Shown piece after piece: positions 18,528-28,600 of a stretch of DNA of 64,000 nt (its first letter is position 1; each line of letters starts with the position of its first letter). A model generated the notes under the pieces. The model saw only the letters and a list, made by a program, of their open reading frames with translations. It did no database searches and had not been told where the DNA came from. Made by a program: the position numbers and the translations under genes. Origin of the DNA: Eubacteriales bacterium (GTDB lineage Bacteria > Bacillota > Clostridia > Oscillospirales > CAG-272); contig JAZODU010000060.1 of the NCBI GenBank assembly GCA_045597145.1, positions 9,562 to 73,561 of the forward strand, in the 5' to 3' direction.

Positions 18528-18985
18528 GAGGGGGACTTTTTGAAAAAAGTCCCCCTCGTCCCCCCCTCAAAAACTTTCACCAAATAGGTATTGTCTACCC
18601 ACTAAAAAAGGACGCACACCGTGCGTCCCTCTTTTGTTTGTGCGTTGGTGAAAGTCCCGCAAGCTCACGAAAGCAAAAAATCCAATCGCGCCCTCTCCGT
18701 CACGCTTCGCGTGCCACCTCTCCCGGAGTGTTAGGCTCTCCCAATGGGAGAGCTGGCACCGTAAGGCGACTGAGAGGGTTTAGAACGAAAACAAGCCCCC
18801 TTCCCTACGGCAAAAAGGCTTTGTTTGGCTATACCCACTACCCAAAATGCGCTTCACAGAAGCGCACACGCCCCGCGCGTTCATGTTGTGAAGACATGAA
18901 TGCGCGGGGCGTGCCCTTTTATGAAGGTTTTGAGGGGTGAGGGGTTTGGGGAGAGGGGGACTTTTGCAAAAGTCTCCCTCTCCCC
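18528..18985. repeat. composite palindrome-bounded intergenic element (copy 1 of 3), MITE-like
   Basis: Bounded by gagggggactttttgaaaaaagtccccctc (18528-18557) and ggggagagggggacttttgcaaaagtctccctctcccc (18948-18985). Inner inverted arms are tcaaaaactttcacc and gaaggttttgaggg. The left arm and right-hand hairpin are homologous to copies at 48874-49309 and 59859-60120. Confidence 0.75.
18610..18640 (+). terminator. intrinsic terminator after radA (inside repeat element)
   Basis: ggacgcac-acc-gtgcgtcc followed by ctcttttgtttg. Confidence 0.7.
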
Positions 18986-18991
18986 AAGATC

Positions 18992-20821
18992 TTATTCCAC
19001 CGTAACACTCTTCGCAAGATTACGAGGGCGATCGATATCACAGCCGCGCAGAGCCGCCGTTTCGTAGGCGAGCATCTGGATCGCGGTCATCGCGGCAAAG
19101 AGCGTCGCCGCCTCGGAGGTCGAGGGCAAGAGAATGACATCCTCGGCAGAGAAATTCTCTTCACCCACATCGTCGCGGCAGATCAATACCACCCGCGCCC
19201 CACGGCTTGCCACCTCGCGCACGTTGCTCTCGGTCTTGTCGTACAGCACCGCCTCGGTCGAGATCGCAATCACGGGCGTTCCCTCCTCGATCAAGGAAAT
19301 TGTCCCGTGCTTGAGCTCTCCTGCCGCATACGCCTCGGCGTGGATATAGGAGATCTCCTTGAGCTTGAGCGACCCTTCCATCGACATCGCGTAAGATACG
19401 CCGCGCCCGATATAGAAAATATGCTCCGCCGACGCAAGCTTTGCGGCAATGCGGCGGTATGCGTCCTTGTATTGCTCCAGCATCAAGGAAATCGCACGCG
19501 GCGCGTCCTTGACAAGGCTTTCCACCGTTTCGCGAATCCTTTGCTCGGGCTTCTTGCCGCAGGCGTGCGCGATCGCGGCGGCAATCAGATACAGCACGGA
19601 CACCTGCGTGCAGTAGCCCTTGGTGGTCGCCACGGCAATTTCGGGGCCCGCGTAGGTGTAAATGCGGCGGTCAGCCTCCCGCGCGATGGTCGTTTCCACT
19701 GCGTTGACGATCGCCAACGTAGGAAGCCCCACGGATTTTGCATAGCGCAGTGCCGCCAAGGAATCCGCCGTTTCGCCCGACTGCGAGATCACGATCACCA
19801 GCGTCCCCTCCTGCGACAGCGGCGGATGGTAGCGGTATTCGGACGCGATGTGGACGCTTGTCGGGATCTTGGCATAGTCCTCCAGAATCCGCGCGCCGAC
19901 AAGACCTGCGTGCATGGCAGAGCCGCACGCCACGATCTGAATGCTCCTGACCGCGCGCCAAAAGCCCCCGTCAATGCCGTCCACGCCGAAATCGGGCAAG
20001 CCGCTTTGCGTGCGCGTGGCAAGCGACTTGACGATCGCCTCGGGCTGCTCAAAGATCTCCTTGAGCATAAAATGCTCGTATCCGCCCTTTTGTGCCGCCG
20101 CGGGCGAGAGCGTCGTGACGCTCCACGTGGGTGTTTGCACCCCACCCAGCGTCGGGAACAGCACGGCAGAGGTCTGCGTCAGGTGCGCGATCTCGCCCTC
20201 CTCCATCGCACGGTATTCGCGCGAAAAGGGCAACAGCGCGGTCAGATCCGATGCCAGATAGTAGCCATCCTCCGCTTTGGCAAGGATCAGAGGGCTGCCG
20301 CATCGCACCGCCCAGACCTCGCTCGGGCGGTCTTCAAAGAGGATCGCAAAGGCATACGAGCCGCGCAGCAGCTCCATGCAGGCACGAATGGCACGCAACG
20401 GGTCGCGCGTCCGCTCGTAGCAACGGTTCAGCACCGCGGCGGCAACCTCGGTGTCGGTTTCGGAGGCAAGCGCAACGCCGTCGCGCATCAGTCCCTCCTT
20501 GAGCTCCTTGTAGTTTTCAATGATCCCGTTATGCACAAGCACCACGCGCCCTGCGCGGTGCGGATGCGCGTTGACGTCGCTCGGCCCCCCGTGCGTTGCC
20601 CAACGCGTGTGCCCGATGGCACAGGTCGACTTCAGCTCGTTGATCTCCTTTTTTTTCTTCAGATCTCCAATGCGTCCGCGACATTTGACAACGGCGATCC
20701 CCACGTCTGTTTCCGCGGCAACACCTACGGAATCGTAGCCGCGGTATTCAAGGACGGAAAGCCCTTCCGTCATCTTCGGAAGCGCGTTCTCGCTTCCCGT
20801 ATATCCGATAATTCCACACAT
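18992..20821 (-). CDS. glmS: glutamine--fructose-6-phosphate aminotransferase
   Basis: Start at MCGIIGYTG (Cys2 nucleophile, 20821), two SIS domains, and C-terminal KSVTVE. Confidence 0.95.
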   Translation of the reverse strand: MCGIIGYTGSENALPKMTEGLSVLEYRGYDSVGVAAETDVGIAVVKCRGRIGDLKKKKEINELKSTCAIGHTRWATHGGPSDVNAHPHRAGRVVLVHNGIIENYKELKEGLMRDGVALASETDTEVAAAVLNRCYERTRDPLRAIRACMELLRGSYAFAILFEDRPSEVWAVRCGSPLILAKAEDGYYLASDLTALLPFSREYRAMEEGEIAHLTQTSAVLFPTLGGVQTPTWSVTTLSPAAAQKGGYEHFMLKEIFEQPEAIVKSLATRTQSGLPDFGVDGIDGGFWRAVRSIQIVACGSAMHAGLVGARILEDYAKIPTSVHIASEYRYHPPLSQEGTLVIVISQSGETADSLAALRYAKSVGLPTLAIVNAVETTIAREADRRIYTYAGPEIAVATTKGYCTQVSVLYLIAAAIAHACGKKPEQRIRETVESLVKDAPRAISLMLEQYKDAYRRIAAKLASAEHIFYIGRGVSYAMSMEGSLKLKEISYIHAEAYAAGELKHGTISLIEEGTPVIAISTEAVLYDKTESNVREVASRGARVVLICRDDVGEENFSAEDVILLPSTSEAATLFAAMTAIQMLAYETAALRGCDIDRPRNLAKSVTVE

Positions 20822-20910
20822 AAATAAAGCACCTTTCTTGATTTTGGTACGGCAAAAAGACCCCTTCCAAAGGATGTACTTCGGAAACGGCAATGTGCCA
20901 TATATGAAAA

Positions 20911-21054
20911 CCAAGCAGGGTTTGTTTTGCGGTTACCCGCATATTTGAGTCTGCTGCTTACGACGGAATATTCCGCCGGAGAAGCATCCGCCGAACATTC
21001 GATCACTTCTCTCCTCGTCAACCGCACACACGTCCCGCGTGCGGTCTGGCGCTA
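20911..21054 (-). ncRNA. glmS ribozyme: glmS ribozyme (GlcN6P-dependent self-cleaving leader)
   Basis: The minus strand reads A/GCGCCAGACCGCACGCGGGACGUGUGUGCGGUUGACGAGGAGAGAAGUGAUCGAAUGUUCGGCGGAUGCUUCUCC. This contains the conserved AGCGCC cleavage site, GACGAGG, GAUCGAA and UCGGCGGAUGC blocks. It lies 90 nt upstream of the glmS ATG. Confidence 0.9.
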
Positions 21055-21106
21055 TCTTTTCCCTGATTTTCGGGGGTATTTTCTGTTTTTGAGGCGCAGA
21101 GTCCAT

Positions 21107-21799
21107 TCAGGACTTGGTTACAATGTTGTCTTGACTTTTAAAAATGCTGTTTACGGGCACGTAGCCGCGCACCGTGGAGCGCGGATAGATGTTGGAGTGC
21201 GCACCGATGACCGTGCCGGGGTTGAGGACGCTGTTGCAGCCCACCTCGACGTAATCCCCAAGCATCGCACCGAATTTCTTGCGCCCCGTTTCGATTTTTT
21301 CCTCACCCACGCGAACCGTGACAAGGGTTTTGTCGCTTTTGACGTTGGAGGTCACTGCCCCCGCACCCATGTGCGACTTATAGCCGAGGATCGAATCCCC
21401 GACGTAGTTGTAGTGCGGCACCTGCACGCCGTCGAACAAAATGCAGTTTTTCAATTCGGTGGAGTTCCCCACCACGGCATCGCGCCCGATGAGTGCCGCG
21501 CCGCGCACGAAGGCGCAATGGCGGATCTCCGCCCCCTCGCAAACGATGCAAGGACCTCCGATAAACGCCGTGGGCCAGACGGTTGCGCTTTTTGCGATCC
21601 AGATATCCTTTCCGACACGGTCGTATTTCTCGGGTTCGAGCGTTTCGCCAAGTGTCAGGATCATATCCGAAATCGCCGCCAACGCCTCCCACGGATAGGT
21701 GAACGCCAGCAAGCGCTCGTATGCGATCGAGCGTCCCGCCTCCCTGTAAAGGGAGGCTGTTTTCAATTCGTTTGTCATGTCTTCTCTCTTTCCGATCAC
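21107..21799 (-). CDS. left-handed beta-helix (hexapeptide) acetyltransferase resembling the GlmU C-terminal domain, stand-alone
   Basis: Hexapeptide repeats are visible (IGGPCIVCEGAEIRHCAFVRGAALIGRDAVVGNSTELKNCILFDGVQVPHYNYVGDSILG...). A GTG start overlaps the glmM stop (GTGA); an alternative ATG lies at 21778. Confidence 0.7.
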   Translation of the reverse strand: MIGKREDMTNELKTASLYREAGRSIAYERLLAFTYPWEALAAISDMILTLGETLEPEKYDRVGKDIWIAKSATVWPTAFIGGPCIVCEGAEIRHCAFVRGAALIGRDAVVGNSTELKNCILFDGVQVPHYNYVGDSILGYKSHMGAGAVTSNVKSDKTLVTVRVGEEKIETGRKKFGAMLGDYVEVGCNSVLNPGTVIGAHSNIYPRSTVRGYVPVNSIFKSQDNIVTKS

Positions 21800-23169
21800 G
21801 CAAGGGAGAGCCCCGAGGATATGACCTGTGATACGACCTCACCCGTGTAGTCCTCGCACAGCTCGGTCGTGGGTGCCTCTACCATCACGCGGATCACAGG
21901 CTCGGTGCCGCTTTCACGCAAAAGGATCCGTCCGTTGTCACCAAGCCGCACGCCGATATCCTCGATCAGCGCCTTGATTCCGGGATGGTTACGCACCGCC
22001 GCCTTATCCCCCACGCGAATGTTTTTGGTGACCTGCGGGAGCATCTGCACGGGCTCGGCAAGCTTTGAAAGCGTGGTTTTTTCGGACACGACCGCCTCCA
22101 TGAGCTTGATCGCGGTCAGGATCCCGTCCCCCGTGGTCGCGTATTTGCTTAAAATAATATGCCCCGATTGCTCGCCGCCGATACAGTTTCCCGTCGCGCG
22201 CATATTTTCATACACGTAACGGTCGCCGACGGTCGTCTGCTCGTAGGCAATTCCCGCTTTGCGCAGTGCCCGATAAAGCCCCATGTTGGACATGATCGTG
22301 GTCACGACCGTGTTATTGACCAGCTCGCCGCGCTTTTTGAGCTGCATACCGAGAATATAAAGGATATGATCCCCGTTGACAATCTCGCCGCGCTCATCCA
22401 CGGCAATACATCTGTCGGCATCACCGTCAAAGGCAAAGCCGATATCCAAGGCCTCCTTTTTCACGTATTCCGCCAGCACCTCGATGTGCGTCGATCCCGC
22501 ACTCCGATTGATATTGAGCCCGTTCGGATCGGCATTGATCGTATAGGTTCTGGCTCCCAGCGCATCGAACACGCTTTTGGCGATCATCCACGCGCTTCCG
22601 TTTGCACAGTCCAATCCCACGCGAAAATCGCGGAAGGAGCGGCTGGAAAGCGAGATCAGATACCCGATATAGCGGTTTCTGCCTGCGGCATAATCCACAA
22701 TCTGCCCCACGGCAGCCCCCGTGGCAAACGGAATATCTTCACCCTCAATCCCTAAAAGCGACAGTTGACCGTCCAGGTACAATTCGATCTGCGCTATCGT
22801 TTCGTCGTCGATCTTTTCCCCCTTTTCGTTGACAATTTTGATACCGTTGTCGGTATACGGGTTGTGGCTTGCGGAGATCATGATCCCGCAATCGAAATCG
22901 TCGCCTGCAACCGCATAGGATACGCTGGGCGTGGTGGTGACGTGCATCATGTAGGCATCCGCCCCCGAGGATGTCAGTCCTGCGGCGATCGCATATTCCA
23001 GCATGTAGCTGGAGCGTCTGGTATCCTTACCGATCACGGCCTGCACTCTGCGCGTGCCTCCGCGTGCATAGTACCACCCCAAAAAACGACCGATCTTGTA
23101 TGCGTGCTCGGACGTCAGCGTGACACCTGCCTCGCCGCGGAAGCCGTCTGTGCCAAAATATTTTCCCAT
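21796..23169 (-). CDS. glmM: phosphoglucosamine mutase
   Basis: MGKYFGTDGFRG at the N-terminus, active-site SASHNP, 457 aa. Confidence 0.95.
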   Translation of the reverse strand: MGKYFGTDGFRGEAGVTLTSEHAYKIGRFLGWYYARGGTRRVQAVIGKDTRRSSYMLEYAIAAGLTSSGADAYMMHVTTTPSVSYAVAGDDFDCGIMISASHNPYTDNGIKIVNEKGEKIDDETIAQIELYLDGQLSLLGIEGEDIPFATGAAVGQIVDYAAGRNRYIGYLISLSSRSFRDFRVGLDCANGSAWMIAKSVFDALGARTYTINADPNGLNINRSAGSTHIEVLAEYVKKEALDIGFAFDGDADRCIAVDERGEIVNGDHILYILGMQLKKRGELVNNTVVTTIMSNMGLYRALRKAGIAYEQTTVGDRYVYENMRATGNCIGGEQSGHIILSKYATTGDGILTAIKLMEAVVSEKTTLSKLAEPVQMLPQVTKNIRVGDKAAVRNHPGIKALIEDIGVRLGDNGRILLRESGTEPVIRVMVEAPTTELCEDYTGEVVSQVISSGLSLA

Positions 23170-23316
23170 TTCGTTATTTCCCTCCGTTTTGTGTTTTGCG
23201 CCTCACAAACCAAAGCAGAAAATAGCCTACTTACAGTATAGCATACCCCGCGCAAAATGCCAATATTCGTTTTCAAAGACTTTTTTCTAAAATTGAAGAT
23301 TTTCGCCATATTTGTC

Positions 23317-23348
23317 GCAAAAAAGAGCACCTCACGTGAGGTGCTCTT
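23317..23348 (-). terminator. intrinsic terminator after tsf
   Basis: The palindrome aagagcacctcac/gtgaggtgctctt is followed on the minus strand by UUUUUUGC. Confidence 0.8.
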
Positions 23349-23364
23349 GAATATTCGGTTCAGA

Positions 23365-24288
23365 TTACTTGCCTGCAGCCATCTTTGCGATTTCGTCAGC
23401 AAAGTTCTCTTCTCTCTTCTGGATGCCTTCGCCCTTCTCAAAGCGGTAGAAGTCAACCACAGCGATCTCGCCGTCCATTTCCTTGGCAGATGCCTTGACA
23501 TACTGACCAACCTTCATGTCCTCGTCCTTGACGTAGGTCATGTCAAGCAGGCAGTTGTTGTCGTAGAACTTGGAAATACGACCCTCGACCATCTTCAGCT
23601 TGATCTGCTCGGGCTTCTTTGCGTTTGCGGGATCGTTTGCGATCTGCGCCAAAAGAATGTTCTTTTCCTCTTCCAGAACGGAAGCGGGAACCTGCTCGCG
23701 AGAGAGGTAAGGCGTGGGATATGCACCGATCTGGAGCGCGATGTTCTTCGCAAACACAGCGAACTCTGCCTTGTCAGCCACGTTGGTCTCGAACTTAGCG
23801 ATAACGCCGATGGAGCCCGTGCCGTGGATATAGGTGCTGGTAATGCCGTCAACAACGACGAAACGACGGATGGTCAGCTTCTCGCCGATCTTGAAGATCA
23901 TTTCCTTAACCTTTGCGTCAACGTTCATCTCATCGTCGTACTTGCAAGCCATCAGAGCGTCGATGTCTGCGGGCTTCTGTGCGATGATGATCTTGAGCAG
24001 CTCGCCAACGAACTCCTTGAAGGTCTCGTTCTTTGCAACGAAGTCGGTCTCGGAGTTTACCTCGATCATAGCGGTGCTGTTGCCTTCCTTCAGGATCTCA
24101 ACGATACCGTCAGCGGCAATTCTGGTAGCCATCTTGGACTCAGCCTTCAGCTCACCCTTCTCACGAAGGATCTTGATCGCAGCGTCCATATCGCCGTTTG
24201 CATCAACAAGAGCCTTCTTGCACTCCATTATACCGATACCGGTTCTCTTACGGAGCTCTGCTACGTCTTTTGCTGTAATGTTAGCCAT
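23365..24288 (-). CDS. tsf: translation elongation factor Ts
   Basis: MANITAKDVAELRKRTGIGIMECKKAL (UBA-like N-terminus), 307 aa, directly downstream of rpsB. Confidence 0.95.
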   Translation of the reverse strand: MANITAKDVAELRKRTGIGIMECKKALVDANGDMDAAIKILREKGELKAESKMATRIAADGIVEILKEGNSTAMIEVNSETDFVAKNETFKEFVGELLKIIIAQKPADIDALMACKYDDEMNVDAKVKEMIFKIGEKLTIRRFVVVDGITSTYIHGTGSIGVIAKFETNVADKAEFAVFAKNIALQIGAYPTPYLSREQVPASVLEEEKNILLAQIANDPANAKKPEQIKLKMVEGRISKFYDNNCLLDMTYVKDEDMKVGQYVKASAKEMDGEIAVVDFYRFEKGEGIQKREENFADEIAKMAAGK

Positions 24289-24311
24289 TTTTCAAATCCT
24301 CCAAAAATGAA

Positions 24312-25043
24312 TTACTCTGCGTCAGCAGCCTCAACTGCCTTTGCTTCCTCAGCGGTTTCCTCACCCTGCTTGCCCTCGATGATTGCATCTGCCAGCGTGG
24401 AGGAGATCAGCTTGATTGCACGGATCGCGTCGTCGTTGCCGGGGATCACGTAATCAGCGTCGTCGGGATCGCAGTTGGTGTCAACGATAGCAATCACCGG
24501 GATGCCCAGCTTCTTTGCCTCGAGAACTGCATTTCTTTCCTTCTTGGGGTCAACGATGAACACAGCGTCGGGAAGTCTGTCCATGGTCTTGATACCGCCG
24601 TAGCTCTTCTCAAGGTCAAAGATCTCCTTCTGCATGGTTGCAACTTCCTTCTTGGGAAGCAGATCGAACGTGCCGTCCTCCTGCATCTTGTACAGGTCGT
24701 TGAGACGGTTGATGGACTTCTTGATGGTCTTGAAGTTGGTCATCATACCACCGGGCCAACGGACGTTGACGTAGTACATACCGCAACGGACAGCCTCTTC
24801 CTTGATTGCCTCTGCGGCCTGCTTCTTGGTACCAACGAAGAGCAGAGTGCCATTGTTCTCGGAGAGCTCGCGAACGAACGCATAAGCCTCGTCAAACTTC
24901 TTCACCGTTTTAGCCAGGTCAATGATATAGATACCATTTCTCTCGGTGAAGATGTATTCCTGCATCTTGGGGTTCCATCTTCTGGTGTGGTGTCCGAAAT
25001 GAACACCTGCTTCAAGCAGCTGCTTGATAGAAATAACAGACAT
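24312..25043 (-). CDS. rpsB: 30S ribosomal protein S2
   Basis: Start at [27 protein letters not shown] (25043); the upstream 40-aa extension is not S2-like. Confidence 0.95.
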   Translation of the reverse strand: MSVISIKQLLEAGVHFGHHTRRWNPKMQEYIFTERNGIYIIDLAKTVKKFDEAYAFVRELSENNGTLLFVGTKKQAAEAIKEEAVRCGMYYVNVRWPGGMMTNFKTIKKSINRLNDLYKMQEDGTFDLLPKKEVATMQKEIFDLEKSYGGIKTMDRLPDAVFIVDPKKERNAVLEAKKLGIPVIAIVDTNCDPDDADYVIPGNDDAIRAIKLISSTLADAIIEGKQGEETAEEAKAVEAADAE

Positions 25044-25408
25044 TTCAATGTCCTCCTTCGGTTTTTCCACCACCGAAACGCCGATTGCCAAAACCGCTTT
25101 TCGCGGCACCGATGCAACGCTCGTTCGGTGTGTGTATTTATTTGTCCTGTGCTCTTCACACAAGCCTTGATATTATATCATATCTTTCATGTCAATGCAA
25201 CACAAATCTTCTTTGTTTACATTTTTTTTACATTTTTGGCGTTTTTCAAGGCTTGACGAGCGATATTCGCTCGGAGAAACGCCCTTTTCGGCACGCGCTT
25301 CCAAGGAAACGTCCCCAAGGGGAGCGAAGCGACAGAGCGTTAGCCTCCCACTCCGGGGGAGGTGGCATTTTTGCTTGCAAAAATGCCGGAGAGGCATCGT
25401 TCCCTACA

Positions 25409-25450
25409 ATAAAAACGAAATCCACCCCGAGGGAAACCCCTCGGGGTGGG
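25409..25450 (-). terminator. intrinsic terminator ending the LamG-protein/small-ORF transcript
   Basis: Minus strand CCACCCCGAGGGG-UUU-CCCUCGGGGUGG followed by AUUUCGUUUUUAUU. Confidence 0.8.
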
Positions 25451-25485
25451 CGCTTATTCAGCTTTTTCTTGATACTGAGGTGGAA

Positions 25486-25605
25486 TCAGATTTCCTCTTC
25501 CTTTTTTTCGAAGAAAATATCGCTCAAATAGTTGTCACTGGAAGTCAGAACGTCCTCGTTCTCAAGATAAAGAAGATTTACAACAGGTGCAATATAATTT
25601 TTCAT
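25486..25605 (-). CDS. candidate 39-aa acidic small protein (MKNYIAPVVNLLYLENEDVLTSSDNYLSDIFFEKKEEEI)
   Basis: Below the size cut-off of the ORF track. The ATG lies 20 nt after the stop of the 1497-aa gene, preceded by AAAGGAG with 9-nt spacing. A TGA stop lies just before the terminator. AT-rich. Confidence 0.35.
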   Translation of the reverse strand: MKNYIAPVVNLLYLENEDVLTSSDNYLSDIFFEKKEEEI

Positions 25606-25625
25606 TGTTTCAATCTCCTTTCAAA

Positions 25626-28600
25626 TTATTTCGCAAGAGCTGCATACTTCTTGAGAATCTCGATCCGTGCAGCGGAAGGAGTTGCGATCATGCCTTCCTC
25701 GATTGCATCAAGCGTCTTCCGAGCCTGATCTGCAACGCTGACGGTGTGAATGTTCTCAGAGTAGATTCTGTAGACAGTACCGTTGTTCAGCGTGATCTCA
25801 ACGTAACCACGACCGGAGAAATCACGGTCATAGTTGTTGTTGGCATCATCCTCATACCAGATTTTGACGATGGAGCCCACGAAGTGCGTGGTCTTGTCGC
25901 TGTCGTCAACGTTGAAGTAGTTGTCGTAATCAGCCTCAACGTCGAGAACGGTTTTGCCTGCTACAAGGCTCTCAAGAGAGAGATCGGTGTAGCCGTCCAG
26001 AGGAGCGATCAGAGTACCGAAGCGAACGGACTTGATCGTGCCTTCCTCAGCCATAGCGTAGAGTGCATCAAGGAGATCCTTGTCAACCTTGGTTGCAAAA
26101 CGCAGACCGCTTTCGGTCAGGATATCCTTGAGGCGGATGGAAGCGGTGTTGGTGGTTGCGATCATGTTCTGATAATCAGCAAAGAACTCATCCGCAGTGG
26201 TATCGCTGTAGCCGTTGGGAGCGTAGAGCTGCACGGTTTCAGCCATGGTAACCTTGTAGGTCACACCGTTAATGGTGTAATCCATAAGGTTGGTGGTGTC
26301 AAGGCTTACGAGATCGCTTGCGTTCAGAGCCTCGATGGAGATATCATCCATGTAGATGTAACCGTTAGCAGCCTTGCACGCATCAAAGGTCGTGCACTTG
26401 TTGGGCTTGGAAACGATCCAGCTGTTTGCGTTGATCGCACCGTTTGCAGCGGTGCCGCCGGTCAGCGTACCGTTAGCCACGAATATGCCGTTGAGGTAAA
26501 TCGCAACGTCAACAGATGTTTCATTCAGGGTTACAACCATGGAAACGTTGTTCCATGCATCCACGGTCAGAGCAGCACTCTTGCTGAATGCTTCCAGCTT
26601 GTTGTCCTGCAGGTTCATCGTGTAGAGGCTGAGGTATGCGCCGGTGTGGAACTGTGCATCGCTCTTACCGTAAGCGTCGTTGGAAACGTAGTAGTTTACG
26701 GAGAATGCGTAGGTGTTGTTGCCCTCTGCATTGTAAGTGAGTGCGGGGTTGTTGATATAGAGGTTCTTGTCAAGGTTAAGGTCGGTACCGCTGCCCATTG
26801 CATAGTACTTCGCATTGTAGTTGTCCTCGGTGAGCGTGAACGTGCCTACCAGTACCGCATCATTTGCAGAGGTCACTTGGGCGCCCTTGCCACCCTTATG
26901 ATCGTAGACGTAAACGGTATCGCCGAACTTTTCACCCGTACCAACACGGACATAGTATGCGTAGCGACCGTCCGAATAGGATTCGTTCTTCGACAGCAGT
27001 GCCCACTGATCAGCGGTGGGAGTGGTTCCTGCCTCGCCGAAGGTCGCGGCACCGATCGCTTCGGCAGTAATGTTGTGAGCGCGGCTTCTGATACCGATCA
27101 CGAAGGGATCCGCAGTTTCGCCGGATGCAACACCCCGGAAGCCGACACGAACAGCCATATCGCCATCGATCTCATCGGTGAAGATCGCACCTGCGGGAGC
27201 ATGGGCAGTTGCCTGATATCCCTTCGCGCCGATGACTTCGATGCCGCTGACACGATTCTCGAAATCGCCCAGCAGACCGCTCGGGGTAGTGCCGGAAGCG
27301 GGGGTCGTGGTCGCTCTGGGAGCGGTGCCCTCGTAGATCTTTACGTCATCGATTGCATAGCAACCGGTGTAACCGTAAGGATACGTAGTGTTGTAAGGCT
27401 GGTTTTTCATGTTGGTCAGCTTTGCGGGAGCAAATGCGCCTGCATCAAGAGAGCTGATGCTCGTCAGGACACCATTTCTGTAGAGACGCCAGGAAGCAAG
27501 CCGGACACCGTTTACGTAAACAGTCGCAACAGCCGTGTCAAGATCGACAACCGTGCTGACGGTGAACCACTCGCCTACGGGAACCGACATACTCTCCTTA
27601 CCCGAACTCTCAACACCATTGGTGTTGAAGTCGGGTACCGAAATGGTTGCGGTATCGTTTGCGATGTTCTTGATCGTATAGATGGCAATGTGCTTTTGGG
27701 TTGCAGGTGCCGCACCGTTTACACTTACCGTAGCCTGACGGAAGTGAGTTTCCAGTGCCTGAATAGAGCCGTGAGGCAGGAAATACTTGGATTCAAATAC
27801 AACTGAATCGTAGTCGGATGCGGAGAGTGCGGGACCGAAGCCGTAGGGCGCATCGAGGTTCGTGATGCCCGTGCCGTTTGCCTTGTTCGGGTAATCGTAG
27901 GTATCGGAATCGAATACCATTGCGTTGTGACCCTCGAAGTACTCATATGTGAACTTCGAGCTGCCTGTCAACCAGATTCTGAGCTGAGAAGCTGAGCCGG
28001 TTTCGAAGTTCTCGGTATGGATGTTTGTCTCGTCGTAGATAGCGGAAACCGTGTCACCCGCATAGATAACGACGTTATCTACGTATACAGTACCTTGGTT
28101 CTGGGAGGGGAGGCTGAGACGTGCGTTGTGACCGAGGTTAAGAGCCGTGATCTCTGTCAGCTCAGTGCCATCCATAATGTATTCACCTACAAGGTAACCG
28201 TCAACGTAGCCCTTGATGCGGGTATCCTCGCCGTTCATGGACGCATCAACAACCCAAGTGAAGTTGTGCCACTCGCCCTTGGTAACCTTGAGGGTTTTCG
28301 TAGCACTGACCGCATTGGTAAGGCTACTGTGCATCATTACGGTAACGTAATCGTTTGCCTGCGCAGCCTGAACCTGGAAGAAGTGTACCTTAGTATCCTT
28401 GTTGATACGAATATCCAGATTGCCAAGTGCTACGTCCATGTCGAAGTAGTAATCAGCGGAAACGGTGAACGTCTGACCCGTAACACCGGTTACTTTCAGC
28501 ACGCTTTCCGCTCCGACGATACCGTTAGGGATTTGGGAGTGCGTTTCACGGTATGCCATCGTGCAGAGGTAATACTCCTTCTCGGAGGCAACTGTGTTAT

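Noticed and set aside
18524-18940. ORFs inside repeat elements (for example 18524..18940 at 138 aa, 30718..30957, 30501..30713, 49060..49311)
   Set aside because: They are open on both strands and lack an RBS. They coincide with hairpin-rich repeated DNA. I could not distinguish them from chance ORFs, although the TGAATG-coupled one at 30756..30941 is mentioned in the findings.
17456-20827. 375-aa minus-strand ORF opposite radA and 506-aa plus-strand ORF opposite glmS
   Set aside because: These are shadow ORFs. radA and glmS are supported by canonical motifs.
25044-25250. Structured ~135-nt rpsB leader as a candidate S2 autoregulatory element
   Set aside because: A promoter (TTGCAT-17-TATAAT) and some hairpins are visible. 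I cannot match them to a known r-protein leader by eye, so there is insufficient evidence to call a feature.
25587-27806. 739-aa plus-strand ORF opposite the LamG-repeat gene
   Set aside because: It has no start context. The minus-strand frame carries the signal peptide, RBS, promoter and internal repeats.
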